DNA of 64,000 nucleotides from Verrucomicrobiota bacterium. Its GTDB lineage: Bacteria; Verrucomicrobiota; Verrucomicrobiia; Opitutales; UBA953. Below are positions 55,614 to 64,000 of the stretch, in pieces (within the stretch, counting starts at the first letter, position 1; the number at the start of each line of letters is the position of its first letter). Position numbers and translations under genes: made by a program. The DNA is taken from positions 20,761-84,760 of the forward strand of contig VHCL01000005.1 of assembly GCA_016871725.1 (NCBI GenBank), given 5' to 3'. The notes beneath the pieces are model-generated. The model was not told where the DNA came from. It searched no databases and saw only the letters and a list, made by a program, of their open reading frames with translations.

Positions 55614-57260
55614 TCAGCGGGAACTGAGGTCGACGCCGGCCTGCTGCGCCCACGCCATCCACGCGTCCGCCAGCTCCTTGAGCTTGGCGGGCTGCGCGGC
55701 CGCGAGGTCGTGCTGCTCGGACGGGTCTTTCGAGAGGTCGAAGAGCTGCCAGGTGACGGGCGCGCTCTGACGCTTGCCCCAGACGATCTTCCACCGGCCG
55801 AGACGATAGCCGCGCGCGCCCTCGTGGGCGGTCGGGATGCCGCGCTCAGGCGTCGGTTCACCCCGCAGGTCAGGCAGCAAGGAACGACCTGAAGCCGGGC
55901 GGATGGGCTTCCCGGCCCGCTCCCGCGGATACGCGGAGCCGGTGGCCGCGGCGAGGGTCGGGAGAAGGTCCATGACGTGCGCCGGCGAGCGGATCCATTC
56001 CGCCGCCGGCTTCAGGCCGGCCGGCCACGAGACGAGGAGCGGCGCGCTGACGCCGCCTTCGTGGCAGAAGTGCTTGTAGAGGTTGAGCGGCGTGTTGCCG
56101 AGGTTGGCCCAGGCGGAGCCGTAAGAAGAATGCGTCCCGGCCTGGCCCATGCCGTCGAGCGCGGCGCCGACATGCAGGTCGGTGCGACCGGCGCGGGAGC
56201 GGCCGTCGAAACCGAACGGGCCCCACTCGTAGCAGGCGCCGTTGTCCGACGTGAACACGACGAGGGTGTCGGCGAGTTCGCCGTTCCGCTCGAGGTCCGC
56301 GAGCAGCCGGCCGACGCCTTGGTCGACGTGCTCGACCATCGCGGCGAAGGTGGCCATGCGGCGCGCGAGATCCTCGCGCCGGTCCGCCGGAAGGCTTTCC
56401 CAGGACGGGTTCGGCTTGCCGGAGAAACCATTGGCGATGGCGTCGTCCGCCTCGACCGGAACCATCGAAAGCGGCGGCAGGACGGCGTCCGCGGCGACGA
56501 GCCCCAGCGTCCGCATGCGCGCGAAACGTTCGGCGCGCAGGACGTCCCAGCCCCGGCGATAGGTCGCCATATGCCGGTCGATCGACGCCTTCGGGGCCTG
56601 GACGGGGAAGTGCGGCGAGGAATGCGCGAGGTAGAGGAACCACGGCTTGCCCTTCTGCGTCCGCGCCTGACGCAGGAACTCGAGGGCGTAGTCGGTGAAG
56701 ACGTCGGTGACGTAGAACTTGCCGGACTCATAGGCCAGTTCGGCCGGCGTGCCGGCAGGCAGGCGCACGTATGCGGCGGGGTCCCACTGGTCGTTGGAAT
56801 GGGCCTGCAGGTTCTTGTAGCCGTAATAGGCGTCGAAGCCGCGCTGGATCGGCCCGGGCGAACCCATGTGCCATTTGCCGACCATCCAGGTCGAGTAGCC
56901 GGACTGCTTCAGGAGCTCGGGCATGGTGATGTTGTCGTCGAGCAGGTGCCCCGTGTAAGCAGGGCCGCGATTCGCCGACGGCTTGGCGGAGACGAAATCA
57001 CCGATGCCCGCTTCGTGCGGATGCAGGCCGGTCATGAGCGACGCGCGCGTCGGGCAGCAGCGCGCGGAGGTATAGACCTTCTCGAAACGCGCGCCGGCCT
57101 TGGCGAGCCGGTCCAGGTTAGGCGTGGGGATCTCGCCGCCGTAACACCCGAGATCCGAGTAGCCGAGGTCGTCGGCGAGGATGACGAGCACGTTCGGGCG
57201 ACGCGTCTCCGCGGCGGCCAGGAGCGCCGCGCCGAAGGTCAAAAGCAGCCGGAGGATCAT
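55614..57260 (-). CDS. arylsulfatase (formylglycine-dependent sulfatase family)
   Basis: 548 aa with signal peptide, ILADDLGYSDLGCYG, and SARCCPTRASLMTG (CxPxR). Confidence 0.9.
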   Translation of the reverse strand: MILRLLLTFGAALLAAAETRRPNVLVILADDLGYSDLGCYGGEIPTPNLDRLAKAGARFEKVYTSARCCPTRASLMTGLHPHEAGIGDFVSAKPSANRGPAYTGHLLDDNITMPELLKQSGYSTWMVGKWHMGSPGPIQRGFDAYYGYKNLQAHSNDQWDPAAYVRLPAGTPAELAYESGKFYVTDVFTDYALEFLRQARTQKGKPWFLYLAHSSPHFPVQAPKASIDRHMATYRRGWDVLRAERFARMRTLGLVAADAVLPPLSMVPVEADDAIANGFSGKPNPSWESLPADRREDLARRMATFAAMVEHVDQGVGRLLADLERNGELADTLVVFTSDNGACYEWGPFGFDGRSRAGRTDLHVGAALDGMGQAGTHSSYGSAWANLGNTPLNLYKHFCHEGGVSAPLLVSWPAGLKPAAEWIRSPAHVMDLLPTLAAATGSAYPRERAGKPIRPASGRSLLPDLRGEPTPERGIPTAHEGARGYRLGRWKIVWGKRQSAPVTWQLFDLSKDPSEQHDLAAAQPAKLKELADAWMAWAQQAGVDLSSR

Positions 57261-59167
57261 GGGGTGGTGACGGCGAGGCCGGCGACGGCGCCCTGCAAGG
57301 GCTTGGGCTCACCGTAGAGGCCGACGGGCTTGCCGTTGTCATGGCCGACGCAGAAGTCTTCCGCCGGCTGGCGCGGCAGCGTCCCCTTCGCCTTGCCGGT
57401 GACGGCGTCCTGTCCGGCGACGACGAGCTTCATCGCGCCGTCGGCGGCGAGGCCGGCGGTGACGGCGAAACTTCCCTTCACCTCGGCGGGCGAGACGATC
57501 TCGACGACCTCGTCGGCGCCATGCCGCACGGCGAACGCGACGCGGCCGCCCTTGAGGTAGAGCGCATGGCCGATGAGGCCGCCTTGGGCGAGGAGGACGG
57601 CGTCACGCTGCGTCGTGTCGACGGTGACGGCGAGGGTGAAGGCCTTCTGGCCGACCTGCGGGGCGGCGGCCGAGGGGATCGCGTCGCCGGGCTTCGCCTG
57701 CGCGAGGGCGACGGACTTCGCGGCCGCCTTCGGCGCGCCCTTCTTCGCGGCGGGCTGCCGGGCGTCGTCTTTCTTCGCGTCGTTCGGCACGTAATCGACC
57801 GTCGGATAAAGCGTCCGGGCGCCCTTCACTTCGCCGGCGGGACGGCGCGCGGCCGGCGTCTTGCCGCCGATCTCCGCCGCCGTCTTCTCGGCGAGGGCTT
57901 TCAGCTTGGCGACGACTTCCGGATGCCGCGCGGCGACGTCGGCCTGCTCGCCGATGTCGGCGTCGAGGTCGTAAAGGCGGAGGCCGTTCGCAGTCTTGGC
58001 CGCCTGCTTGCCCATGCCTTCCGGCTGGGGCACGAGCGCCAGCTTCCAGCGGCCCTGGCGGACGGCCTGCAGCTCATAACCGCTGAAGTAATAGTGGGCT
58101 TCGCGCGCGGACTCCTTCGACTGGCCGAGCAGGATCGGCGTGATGTCGCGTCCGTCGATGACCGGCGTCGCGGGCACGGCGCCGCCGGCGAGCGCGACGA
58201 ACGTCGGCAGGAGGTCGATGGTCGCGGCGACGGCGTCGTTGACGGCACCGGCGGGGATCCGCCCGGGCCACCAGGCGAGGGTCGGCACGCGCACGCCGCC
58301 TTCCCACGTCGAGCCCTTGCCGCCGCGGAGCGGTCCGGCGCTGCCGCCGTCGGCACCCTTGGTCAGCCACGGGCCGTTGTCGGACGTGAAGACCACGATC
58401 GTATCCTTGTCGAGCCCCTGCGAGCGGAGGGCGTCGAGCACCTGGCCGACGCTCCAGTCCATTTCTTCGACCCAATCACCGAACCGACCATTCTGGGATT
58501 TGCCGGCGAAGGCCGCGCCCGGCCAGATCGGGGTGTGGACGGCGTTATGGGCGAAGTAGAGGTAGAAGGGTCGGTCCTTGCTCCGGGTGATGAAGTCGAC
58601 CGCCTCCTTGGCGTAGAGCTCGACCATCCGGCGCTGGCCTTCCCCGTCCATCAGCTCGACGACCTTCTCGTCCCGCAGGAGGGGGACCACCGGGGTCTTG
58701 GTCTCGGCGCTCTTCTTGAGCATGTCGTTCGAATAGGGGATGCCGAAATAATGGTCAAAACCCTGCCGGGTGGGCAGGAATTCAGGCTGGTCGCCCAGGT
58801 GCCACTTCCCGACCATCTGGGTGGCATAGCCTTTTTCCTTAAGTCTTTCGGCTACAGTAACTTCAGATGGATTTAACCCTACCGATTGACCCGGGAAATA
58901 GACCCCCGGGACGGAGACCCGCGCCCCGTAGCAGCCGGTCATCATCTGGGCCCGTGAGACCGAACAGACCGGGGTGGCGTAGAAACTGGTCAGTTTTATG
59001 CCCTCCTTGGCCATCCGATCGAGATGGGGGGTGCGCTGCTTGGTCGCCCCGAACGGCCCGATGTCCCCGTAACCCAGGTCGTCGATGAAGATCACGACCA
59101 CGTTGGGCGGGCGGGCGGGGGCGGCGGCCGCCCACAAAGCGGCCAATAGGACTAAAATCGTCTTCAT
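57257..59167 (-). CDS. sulfatase family protein with C-terminal LamG/concanavalin-like extension
   Basis: 636 aa from MKTILVLL with signal peptide, IFIDDLGYGDIGPFG, and PVCSVSRAQMMTG. Lys/Ala-rich linker, then a beta-rich domain of about 150 aa. The stop overlaps the downstream sulfatase start (ATGA). Confidence 0.85.
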   Translation of the reverse strand: MKTILVLLAALWAAAAPARPPNVVVIFIDDLGYGDIGPFGATKQRTPHLDRMAKEGIKLTSFYATPVCSVSRAQMMTGCYGARVSVPGVYFPGQSVGLNPSEVTVAERLKEKGYATQMVGKWHLGDQPEFLPTRQGFDHYFGIPYSNDMLKKSAETKTPVVPLLRDEKVVELMDGEGQRRMVELYAKEAVDFITRSKDRPFYLYFAHNAVHTPIWPGAAFAGKSQNGRFGDWVEEMDWSVGQVLDALRSQGLDKDTIVVFTSDNGPWLTKGADGGSAGPLRGGKGSTWEGGVRVPTLAWWPGRIPAGAVNDAVAATIDLLPTFVALAGGAVPATPVIDGRDITPILLGQSKESAREAHYYFSGYELQAVRQGRWKLALVPQPEGMGKQAAKTANGLRLYDLDADIGEQADVAARHPEVVAKLKALAEKTAAEIGGKTPAARRPAGEVKGARTLYPTVDYVPNDAKKDDARQPAAKKGAPKAAAKSVALAQAKPGDAIPSAAAPQVGQKAFTLAVTVDTTQRDAVLLAQGGLIGHALYLKGGRVAFAVRHGADEVVEIVSPAEVKGSFAVTAGLAADGAMKLVVAGQDAVTGKAKGTLPRQPAEDFCVGHDNGKPVGLYGEPKPLQGAVAGLAVTTP

Positions 59168-59327
59168 GGGGTACGCTCCTAGAACAATCCCCGCAGGTCG
59201 AAGTTGCAAGCCTCCCCGCCGACCGACGCTTCACGCTACCGACCCCGATTAGAAGCGATAAAAACGCCGTTTTTGCCCCTTCCCGCTTGCTCCCCATGGG
59301 GGTCACCCTAACTTGCGGCGAACGACC

Positions 59328-59861
59328 ATGGTCAAATCCGATTTCGGCTACAACAGCAAGGTGGAGGGCGAGGTCATCGTGACCCGCGCCGACGCCGTCG
59401 TGAACTGGGTGCGCAGCCACTCCGTGTGGCCGATGCCCATGGGCCTGGCCTGCTGCGCCATCGAGCTCATGGCCGCCGGCGGCTCCCGCTTCGACATCTC
59501 CCGCTTCGGCATGGAGGTCATGCGCTTCTCGCCCCGCCAGGCCGACTGCATGATCGTCGCCGGCACGGTCACCTACAAGATGGCCGAAGTCGTCCGCCGT
59601 ATCTACGACCAGATGGCCGAGCCGAAGTGGGTCGTCGCCATGGGCGCCTGCGCCTCCACCGGCGGGATGTACCGCTCCTACGCCACCCTGCAGGGCGTGG
59701 ATAACATCGTCCCGGTCGACATCTACATCTCCGGCTGCCCGCCCCGCCCCGAGGCCCTCCTCGACGGCATGATGCTCCTCCAGGAGAAGATCCGCCAGGA
59801 AGGCGGCTCGCTGAAGCGCACCTTCCGCGGCCGGACCATCGAAACCAAGATCGTCAGCTGA
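59328..59861 (+). CDS. nuoB: NADH-quinone oxidoreductase subunit B
   Basis: 177 aa from MVKSDF with [15 protein letters not shown] and GCPPRPE cluster-N2 motifs. Confidence 0.95.
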   Translation: MVKSDFGYNSKVEGEVIVTRADAVVNWVRSHSVWPMPMGLACCAIELMAAGGSRFDISRFGMEVMRFSPRQADCMIVAGTVTYKMAEVVRRIYDQMAEPKWVVAMGACASTGGMYRSYATLQGVDNIVPVDIYISGCPPRPEALLDGMMLLQEKIRQEGGSLKRTFRGRTIETKIVS

Positions 59862-59869
59862 GCACGGAC

Positions 59870-60457
59870 ATGGACGCCGCCGCGCTCGCCTCCCGTTTCC
59901 CTGCCACGCAGGACCTCGCCGGCAAGGACATGCCGACCTTCCGCGTCGCCGGCAGCGACCTGCTCGCCGCCGTGGCCTACCTGCGCGACGCGCAGGGCTT
60001 CGACCTGCTCGCCGACCTCTGCGGCGTCGAATGGAAGGACCGTCCCACCCGCTTCGGCGTCGTCCTCCACCTGCTCAGCACGACGCACAAGGAATACGTC
60101 CGCCTGCACGTCGACGCCGTCGATGACCGCGTCCCGAGCGTCTCCTCCCTCCACCCCGGCGCCAACTGGCACGAGCGCGAGGCCTACGACATGTTCGGCA
60201 TCGTCTTCGAAGGCCACCCGGACCCGCGCCGCATCCTGATGTGGGAGTCGTATCCGTATCACCCGCTCCGCAAGGACTTCCCCCTCGCCGGCATCGAGGT
60301 CGAACTCCCCGCCGCCGACGTCGCCGAAGTCACCGGCAAGAAGGTCGTCCCCGCCCCGATGATGGGCGGCCCCTTCGTCTCGCACGGCGGCAAGCTCTCC
60401 GAAGGCGAACCCACCGCGCTCGACCAGTCCTGGAACGAGCAGCACCCCAAAGCCTGA
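59870..60457 (+). CDS. nuoC: NADH-quinone oxidoreductase subunit C
   Basis: 195 aa with ANWHEREAYDMFGI.F.GHPD motif. Confidence 0.9.
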   Translation: MDAAALASRFPATQDLAGKDMPTFRVAGSDLLAAVAYLRDAQGFDLLADLCGVEWKDRPTRFGVVLHLLSTTHKEYVRLHVDAVDDRVPSVSSLHPGANWHEREAYDMFGIVFEGHPDPRRILMWESYPYHPLRKDFPLAGIEVELPAADVAEVTGKKVVPAPMMGGPFVSHGGKLSEGEPTALDQSWNEQHPKA

Positions 60458-60463
60458 CCCCTC

Positions 60464-61690
60464 GTGAAGATCACCAAGGAAATCTCCCTCGGCGACGTCG
60501 CCGCCCGCTCCGAAGAGCTGCGCGGCGAGAACATGACCCTGAACATGGGTCCGTCCCACCCGGCCACGCACGGCGTGCTCCGCCTCAGCCTCGAGCTCGA
60601 CGGCGACAAGGTCGTGAAGTGCGACCCGGTCATCGGCTACCTGCACCGCGGCGACGAGAAGATCGCCGAGAACATGACGTACAACCAGTTCGTCCCGTAC
60701 ACGGACCGCCTGGACTACCTCGCCCCCCTCGCCAACAACGTCGCCTACGCCATCGCCGTCGAGAAGCTCGCCGGCCTGAAGCTGCCCCCGCGCTGCGAGG
60801 CGATCCGCGTGCTCACCTGCGAGATGGCCCGCATCTCGTCCCACCTCCTCGGCATCGGCGTCTACGCGATGGATACCGGCGCCTGGACGGTGTTCATGTA
60901 CACCTTCAACGAGCGCGAGAGGCTCTACACGCTCTTCGAGGAGCTCACCGGCGCCCGCTTCACCACGAGCTACACCCGCGTCGGCGGCGTGACCCGCGAC
61001 CTCCCGGAAGGCTGGCTCGCCAAGGTCGCGGCCTTCTGCGACGGCGTCGAGCGCACCATCGACGAGGTCGACAAGCTCCTCACCCGCAACGGCATCTTCC
61101 TCGAGCGCACCGAAGGCATCGCCCCCATCTCGAAGGAGATGGCCCTCGCCTACGGCCTGACCGGCCCGAACCTCCGCGCCTCGGGCGTGCCGTTCGACCT
61201 CCGCAAGGACAAGCCTTACTCCGGCTACGAGCAGTATGACTTCGACGTCCCCGTGGGCGTCAAGGGCGACTGCTTCGACCGCTACCTCGTCCGCATGGAG
61301 GAGCTCCGCCAGTCCGTGCGCATCATCCGCCAGGTCGTGAAGACCATGCCCGGCGGCGCCTGGTACGCCGAGGACGCCAAGAAGATCTTCCTTCCGCCCA
61401 AGGCCAAGGTCCTCACCAAGATGGAGGAGCTCATCCAGAACTTCATGCTGGTTACCGAAGGCCCGCAGATCCCCGCCGGCGAGGTCTACTTCGAGGCCGA
61501 GAACCCGAAGGGCGCCCTCGGCTTCTACGTCGTCTCCCACGGCGGCGGCGTCCCCTACCGCCTCCGCATCCGCGGACCGAGCTTCGTCTCGCTCTCGATC
61601 CTCCCCGCCGTCGTCCCCGGCAACTTCCTCACCGACATCGCTTCCATCCTCGGTTCGCTCGACTTCGTCATGGGCGAATGCGACCGCTAA
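60464..61690 (+). CDS. nuoD: NADH-quinone oxidoreductase subunit D
   Basis: 408 aa (GTG start) with LNMGPSHPATHGVLRL and a C-terminal GECDR. Confidence 0.95.
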   Translation: MKITKEISLGDVAARSEELRGENMTLNMGPSHPATHGVLRLSLELDGDKVVKCDPVIGYLHRGDEKIAENMTYNQFVPYTDRLDYLAPLANNVAYAIAVEKLAGLKLPPRCEAIRVLTCEMARISSHLLGIGVYAMDTGAWTVFMYTFNERERLYTLFEELTGARFTTSYTRVGGVTRDLPEGWLAKVAAFCDGVERTIDEVDKLLTRNGIFLERTEGIAPISKEMALAYGLTGPNLRASGVPFDLRKDKPYSGYEQYDFDVPVGVKGDCFDRYLVRMEELRQSVRIIRQVVKTMPGGAWYAEDAKKIFLPPKAKVLTKMEELIQNFMLVTEGPQIPAGEVYFEAENPKGALGFYVVSHGGGVPYRLRIRGPSFVSLSILPAVVPGNFLTDIASILGSLDFVMGECDR

Positions 61691-61694
61691 GACC

Positions 61695-62258
61695 ATGCAC
61701 GAATCCCCTTCCTCCGCCCCCGCCCGCGCCCTCAAGCCTGAGACGCTGGCCCAGGCCCCCGCCATCGTCGCGCAGTATCCGCAGAAGCGCAGCGCGACCA
61801 TGCCCCTCCTGCACCTCGTGCAGGAAGACCGCGGCTACATCACCCAAGAGGACATGCACTGGGTCGCCGAGCAGGTCGGCGTGACGCCGATGCAGGTGCT
61901 CGAGGTGGTCACGTTCTACCCGATGTACCGCCAGGCGCCCATCGGCCGCCGCCACGTGCGCGTCTGCCGGACGCTGTCCTGCGCCCTCCGCGGCTCCTAC
62001 GCGCTGATGGAGAACCTCGAGAAGTCCCTGAACTGCAAGCGCGGCGAGACCTCGCCCGACGGCGACTTCACCCTGGAGTTCGTCGAATGCATCGCCGACT
62101 GCGGCTGCGGCCCGGTCGTCCACGTCGACGCCGCCATGCACGAGAACGTGCAGCCCGCGGACGCCGAGAAGTTCGCCGCCCAGCTCAAGGCCACGCTCAA
62201 GGACCCGGCCTACGGCCAGAACCCTCCCGTCCCCGGCACGCCCGAGTGGAACGGCTAA
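61695..62258 (+). CDS. nuoE: NADH-quinone oxidoreductase subunit E
   Basis: 187 aa with the 2Fe-2S cysteines CRTLSC...CIADCGCGP. Confidence 0.9.
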   Translation: MHESPSSAPARALKPETLAQAPAIVAQYPQKRSATMPLLHLVQEDRGYITQEDMHWVAEQVGVTPMQVLEVVTFYPMYRQAPIGRRHVRVCRTLSCALRGSYALMENLEKSLNCKRGETSPDGDFTLEFVECIADCGCGPVVHVDAAMHENVQPADAEKFAAQLKATLKDPAYGQNPPVPGTPEWNG

Positions 62259-62276
62259 CCTGAAACTCTCCGCGAC

Positions 62277-63626
62277 ATGCCCGCCGTCGAACGCCCTCTC
62301 ATCTACGCCAACCTCCGGAAGCCCGGGTACACGGTCGACATCGACTGCTACCTGCGGAACGGCGGTTACGAAGCCCTCAAGAAAGCCGTCGCCCTCAAGC
62401 CCGAGGAAGTCTGCAAGGAAGTCGAGGTCTCCGGCCTGCGCGGCCGCGGCGGCGCCGGCTTCCCGACCGGCATGAAGTGGAAGTTCCTCGACCGCAAGTC
62501 GGGCAAGCCCGCCTACCTCGTCGTCAACGCCGACGAATCCGAGCCCGGCACCTACAAGGACCGCCAGATCATCTACAAGGACCCGCACCAGATGCTGGAA
62601 GGCATCGCGATCACCGCGTGGGCCATCCAGGCCAAGCAGGCCTTCATCTACATCCGCGGCGAGTTCATCCACGGCGCCAAGATCCTCGAGCGCGCCATCG
62701 CCGAGGCCAAGGCCAAGGGCTTCCTCGGGCAGAACATCCTCGGCTCCGGCTACTCCTGCGAGGTCGTCGTCCACCGCGGCGGCGGCTGCTACGTCTGCGG
62801 CGAAGAGACCGGCCTGATCGAGTCCCTCGAAGGCAAGCGCGGCTACCCGCGCATCAAGCCCCCGTATTTCCCCGCCGTCCTCGGCCTCTACAACTGCCCG
62901 ACCATCGTCAACAACGCGGAGACGATGGCGCAGGTGAAGCACGTGCTCGCCTTCGGCGGCGCGGAGTTCGCCAAGATCGGCATCCCCGGCGACAGCGGCA
63001 CCCACATCTGGGGCGTCAGCGGCCTGGTGAAGCGCCCGGGTCTCTACGAGATCGAAGCCGGCAAGGCCACCTTCGGCGAGCTGCTCTACGACCTCTGCGG
63101 CGGCCCGCTCGACGGCCGCAAGATCAAGGCGATCATCCCCGGCGGCTCCTCCACCAAGATCCTCAAGGTCGGCGAACGCTTCAAGGGCAAGCTCGCCAAC
63201 GGCACCGAGTTCGACTGGGCGCTCGAGGACATCCCCCTCGACGCGAACAGCATCGCGGCGTGCGGCACGGGCCTCGGCACCGGCGGCACCATCGTCATCG
63301 ACGACTCCGTCGAGATGATCCAGGCGCTCTCCAACCTCAACGCCTTCTACGCCCACGAGACCTGCGGCCAGTGCACGCCCTGCCGCGAAGGCTCCCTCTG
63401 GCTCTCCCGCGTCTCGAAGCGCATCACGACCGGCGGCGGCCTCGAGACCGACGTCCCGCTGCTCCTCGACATCGCCAACCAGGTGGCCGGCCGCACGATC
63501 TGCGCCCACGGCGAAGCCGTCGCGTGGCCCGTGCAGTCCGCGGTCCCGAAGTTCAAGGACGAGTATCTGGAGTCCATCCGCAAGCGCCAGGCCGGCGAAG
63601 CCGTCCCGAAGCTGAAGCTGATCTGA
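62277..63626 (+). CDS. nuoF: NADH-quinone oxidoreductase subunit F
   Basis: 449 aa with GLRGRGGAGFPTG, CGEETGLIESLEG and ETCGQCTPCREG motifs. Confidence 0.95.
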   Translation: MPAVERPLIYANLRKPGYTVDIDCYLRNGGYEALKKAVALKPEEVCKEVEVSGLRGRGGAGFPTGMKWKFLDRKSGKPAYLVVNADESEPGTYKDRQIIYKDPHQMLEGIAITAWAIQAKQAFIYIRGEFIHGAKILERAIAEAKAKGFLGQNILGSGYSCEVVVHRGGGCYVCGEETGLIESLEGKRGYPRIKPPYFPAVLGLYNCPTIVNNAETMAQVKHVLAFGGAEFAKIGIPGDSGTHIWGVSGLVKRPGLYEIEAGKATFGELLYDLCGGPLDGRKIKAIIPGGSSTKILKVGERFKGKLANGTEFDWALEDIPLDANSIAACGTGLGTGGTIVIDDSVEMIQALSNLNAFYAHETCGQCTPCREGSLWLSRVSKRITTGGGLETDVPLLLDIANQVAGRTICAHGEAVAWPVQSAVPKFKDEYLESIRKRQAGEAVPKLKLI

Positions 63627-63671
63627 CCCCAGCGAGTATCGTTGGCCCGAGTATCGAGTATCGGGGAATAG

Positions 63672-63700
63672 GGACCGCATGACCTGCGGTCCTTTTGTTT
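63672..63700 (+). terminator. Rho-independent terminator after nuoF
   Basis: GGACCGCA (63672-79) pairs with TGCGGTCC (63685-92), followed by TTTTGTTT. Confidence 0.65.
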
Positions 63701-63766
63701 GGGCGGGGGAAACCCACCTTTCGGTTGGCAGTCCGGAGGGTTCGGTCTTACTTGGACGCAGGTTCG

Positions 63767-64000
63767 ATGCCCCGTCGTCTCGTCACCCTCCTGCTCCTGC
63801 TCGGAGCCGCCTCCGCCACCGCGGCCGAGGACGGCGCGCTGCTCTACGCCCAGAACTGCGCGGCCTGCCACCTGCCGGACCAGATGGTCGTAGGCCCGTC
63901 CCTGGTCGAGATCTCCAAGCTTTACGGCAAGAAGCCCAAGGAGTTCGTCCGCTGGGCCGTCAAGCCGCAGAAGAAACGTCTCGGCGTGATCGAGATGCCC
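63767..64000 (+). CDS. cytochrome c family protein, N-terminal fragment (runs off window)
   Basis: ATG at 63767, signal peptide MPRRLVTLLLLLGAASATAA, and a CAACH haem-binding site. The frame is open to nt 64000. Not in the ORF track because no stop lies in the window. Confidence 0.7.
   Translation, partial: MPRRLVTLLLLLGAASATAAEDGALLYAQNCAACHLPDQMVVGPSLVEISKLYGKKPKEFVRWAVKPQKKRLGVIEMP

Noticed and set aside
53741-55861. 706-aa minus-strand ORF
   Set aside because: It is antisense to the DUF47 and PiT genes. The composition is Gly/Asp/Arg/Ala-rich and shadow-like.
59168-59327. A missed small nuoA gene upstream of nuoB
   Set aside because: There is no plus-strand ORF of suitable size or hydrophobicity. 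The region is too short for the roughly 120-aa NuoA.
61668-63680. 670-aa minus-strand ORF
   Set aside because: It is antisense to nuoE and nuoF, which carry unmistakable cofactor motifs.

Overview
A visibly high-GC chromosomal segment (GC not computed). The gene content suggests Verrucomicrobiota, possibly Opitutae-like. This is an inference from a PVC-type haem-binding giant protein, an H-X9-DG prepilin-like protein and a divergent FtsZ; no database search was possible. Most of the window is core housekeeping. It holds a complete minus-strand dcw cell-wall/division cluster (mraZ-rsmH-ftsL-ftsI-murE-murF-mraY-murD-LysM-ftsW-murG-murC/B-ddl-ftsQ-ftsA-ftsZ, about 18.6-36.9 kb). It also holds glyA, rpiB, purD, purB, aroC, sufS, tmk, holA, holB, uvrC, cinA, pfk, a DUF47-Pit phosphate pair, two sulfatases, an ECF sigma trio, nuoBCDEF and two tRNAs. 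I found no transposase, integrase, CRISPR array or recognisable defence or toxin system. The least explained material is non-coding: a family of mosaic (BIME/MITE-like) intergenic elements built from three modules. These are a GGTAGGGGCAGCAC palindrome, tandem GCGGTTR heptamers, and tandem 12-nt CCTCC-containing units found at four loci in one orientation. Other points of interest are AT-rich perfect palindromes sharing a TTACGA half-site upstream of mraZ and of the phosphate genes, and GTGGG boxes at 10-bp spacing before mraZ. Further points are a frameshifted acyltransferase, a MurC-MurB fusion, an FtsZ with an altered T7 loop, a P-loop-degenerate G3E-like protein coupled to aroC, and a sulfatase with CSVSR in place of CxPxR. 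All family calls rest on motifs I recognise by eye. Many ORF-track entries are antisense or out-of-frame shadows typical of high-GC DNA and were discarded.
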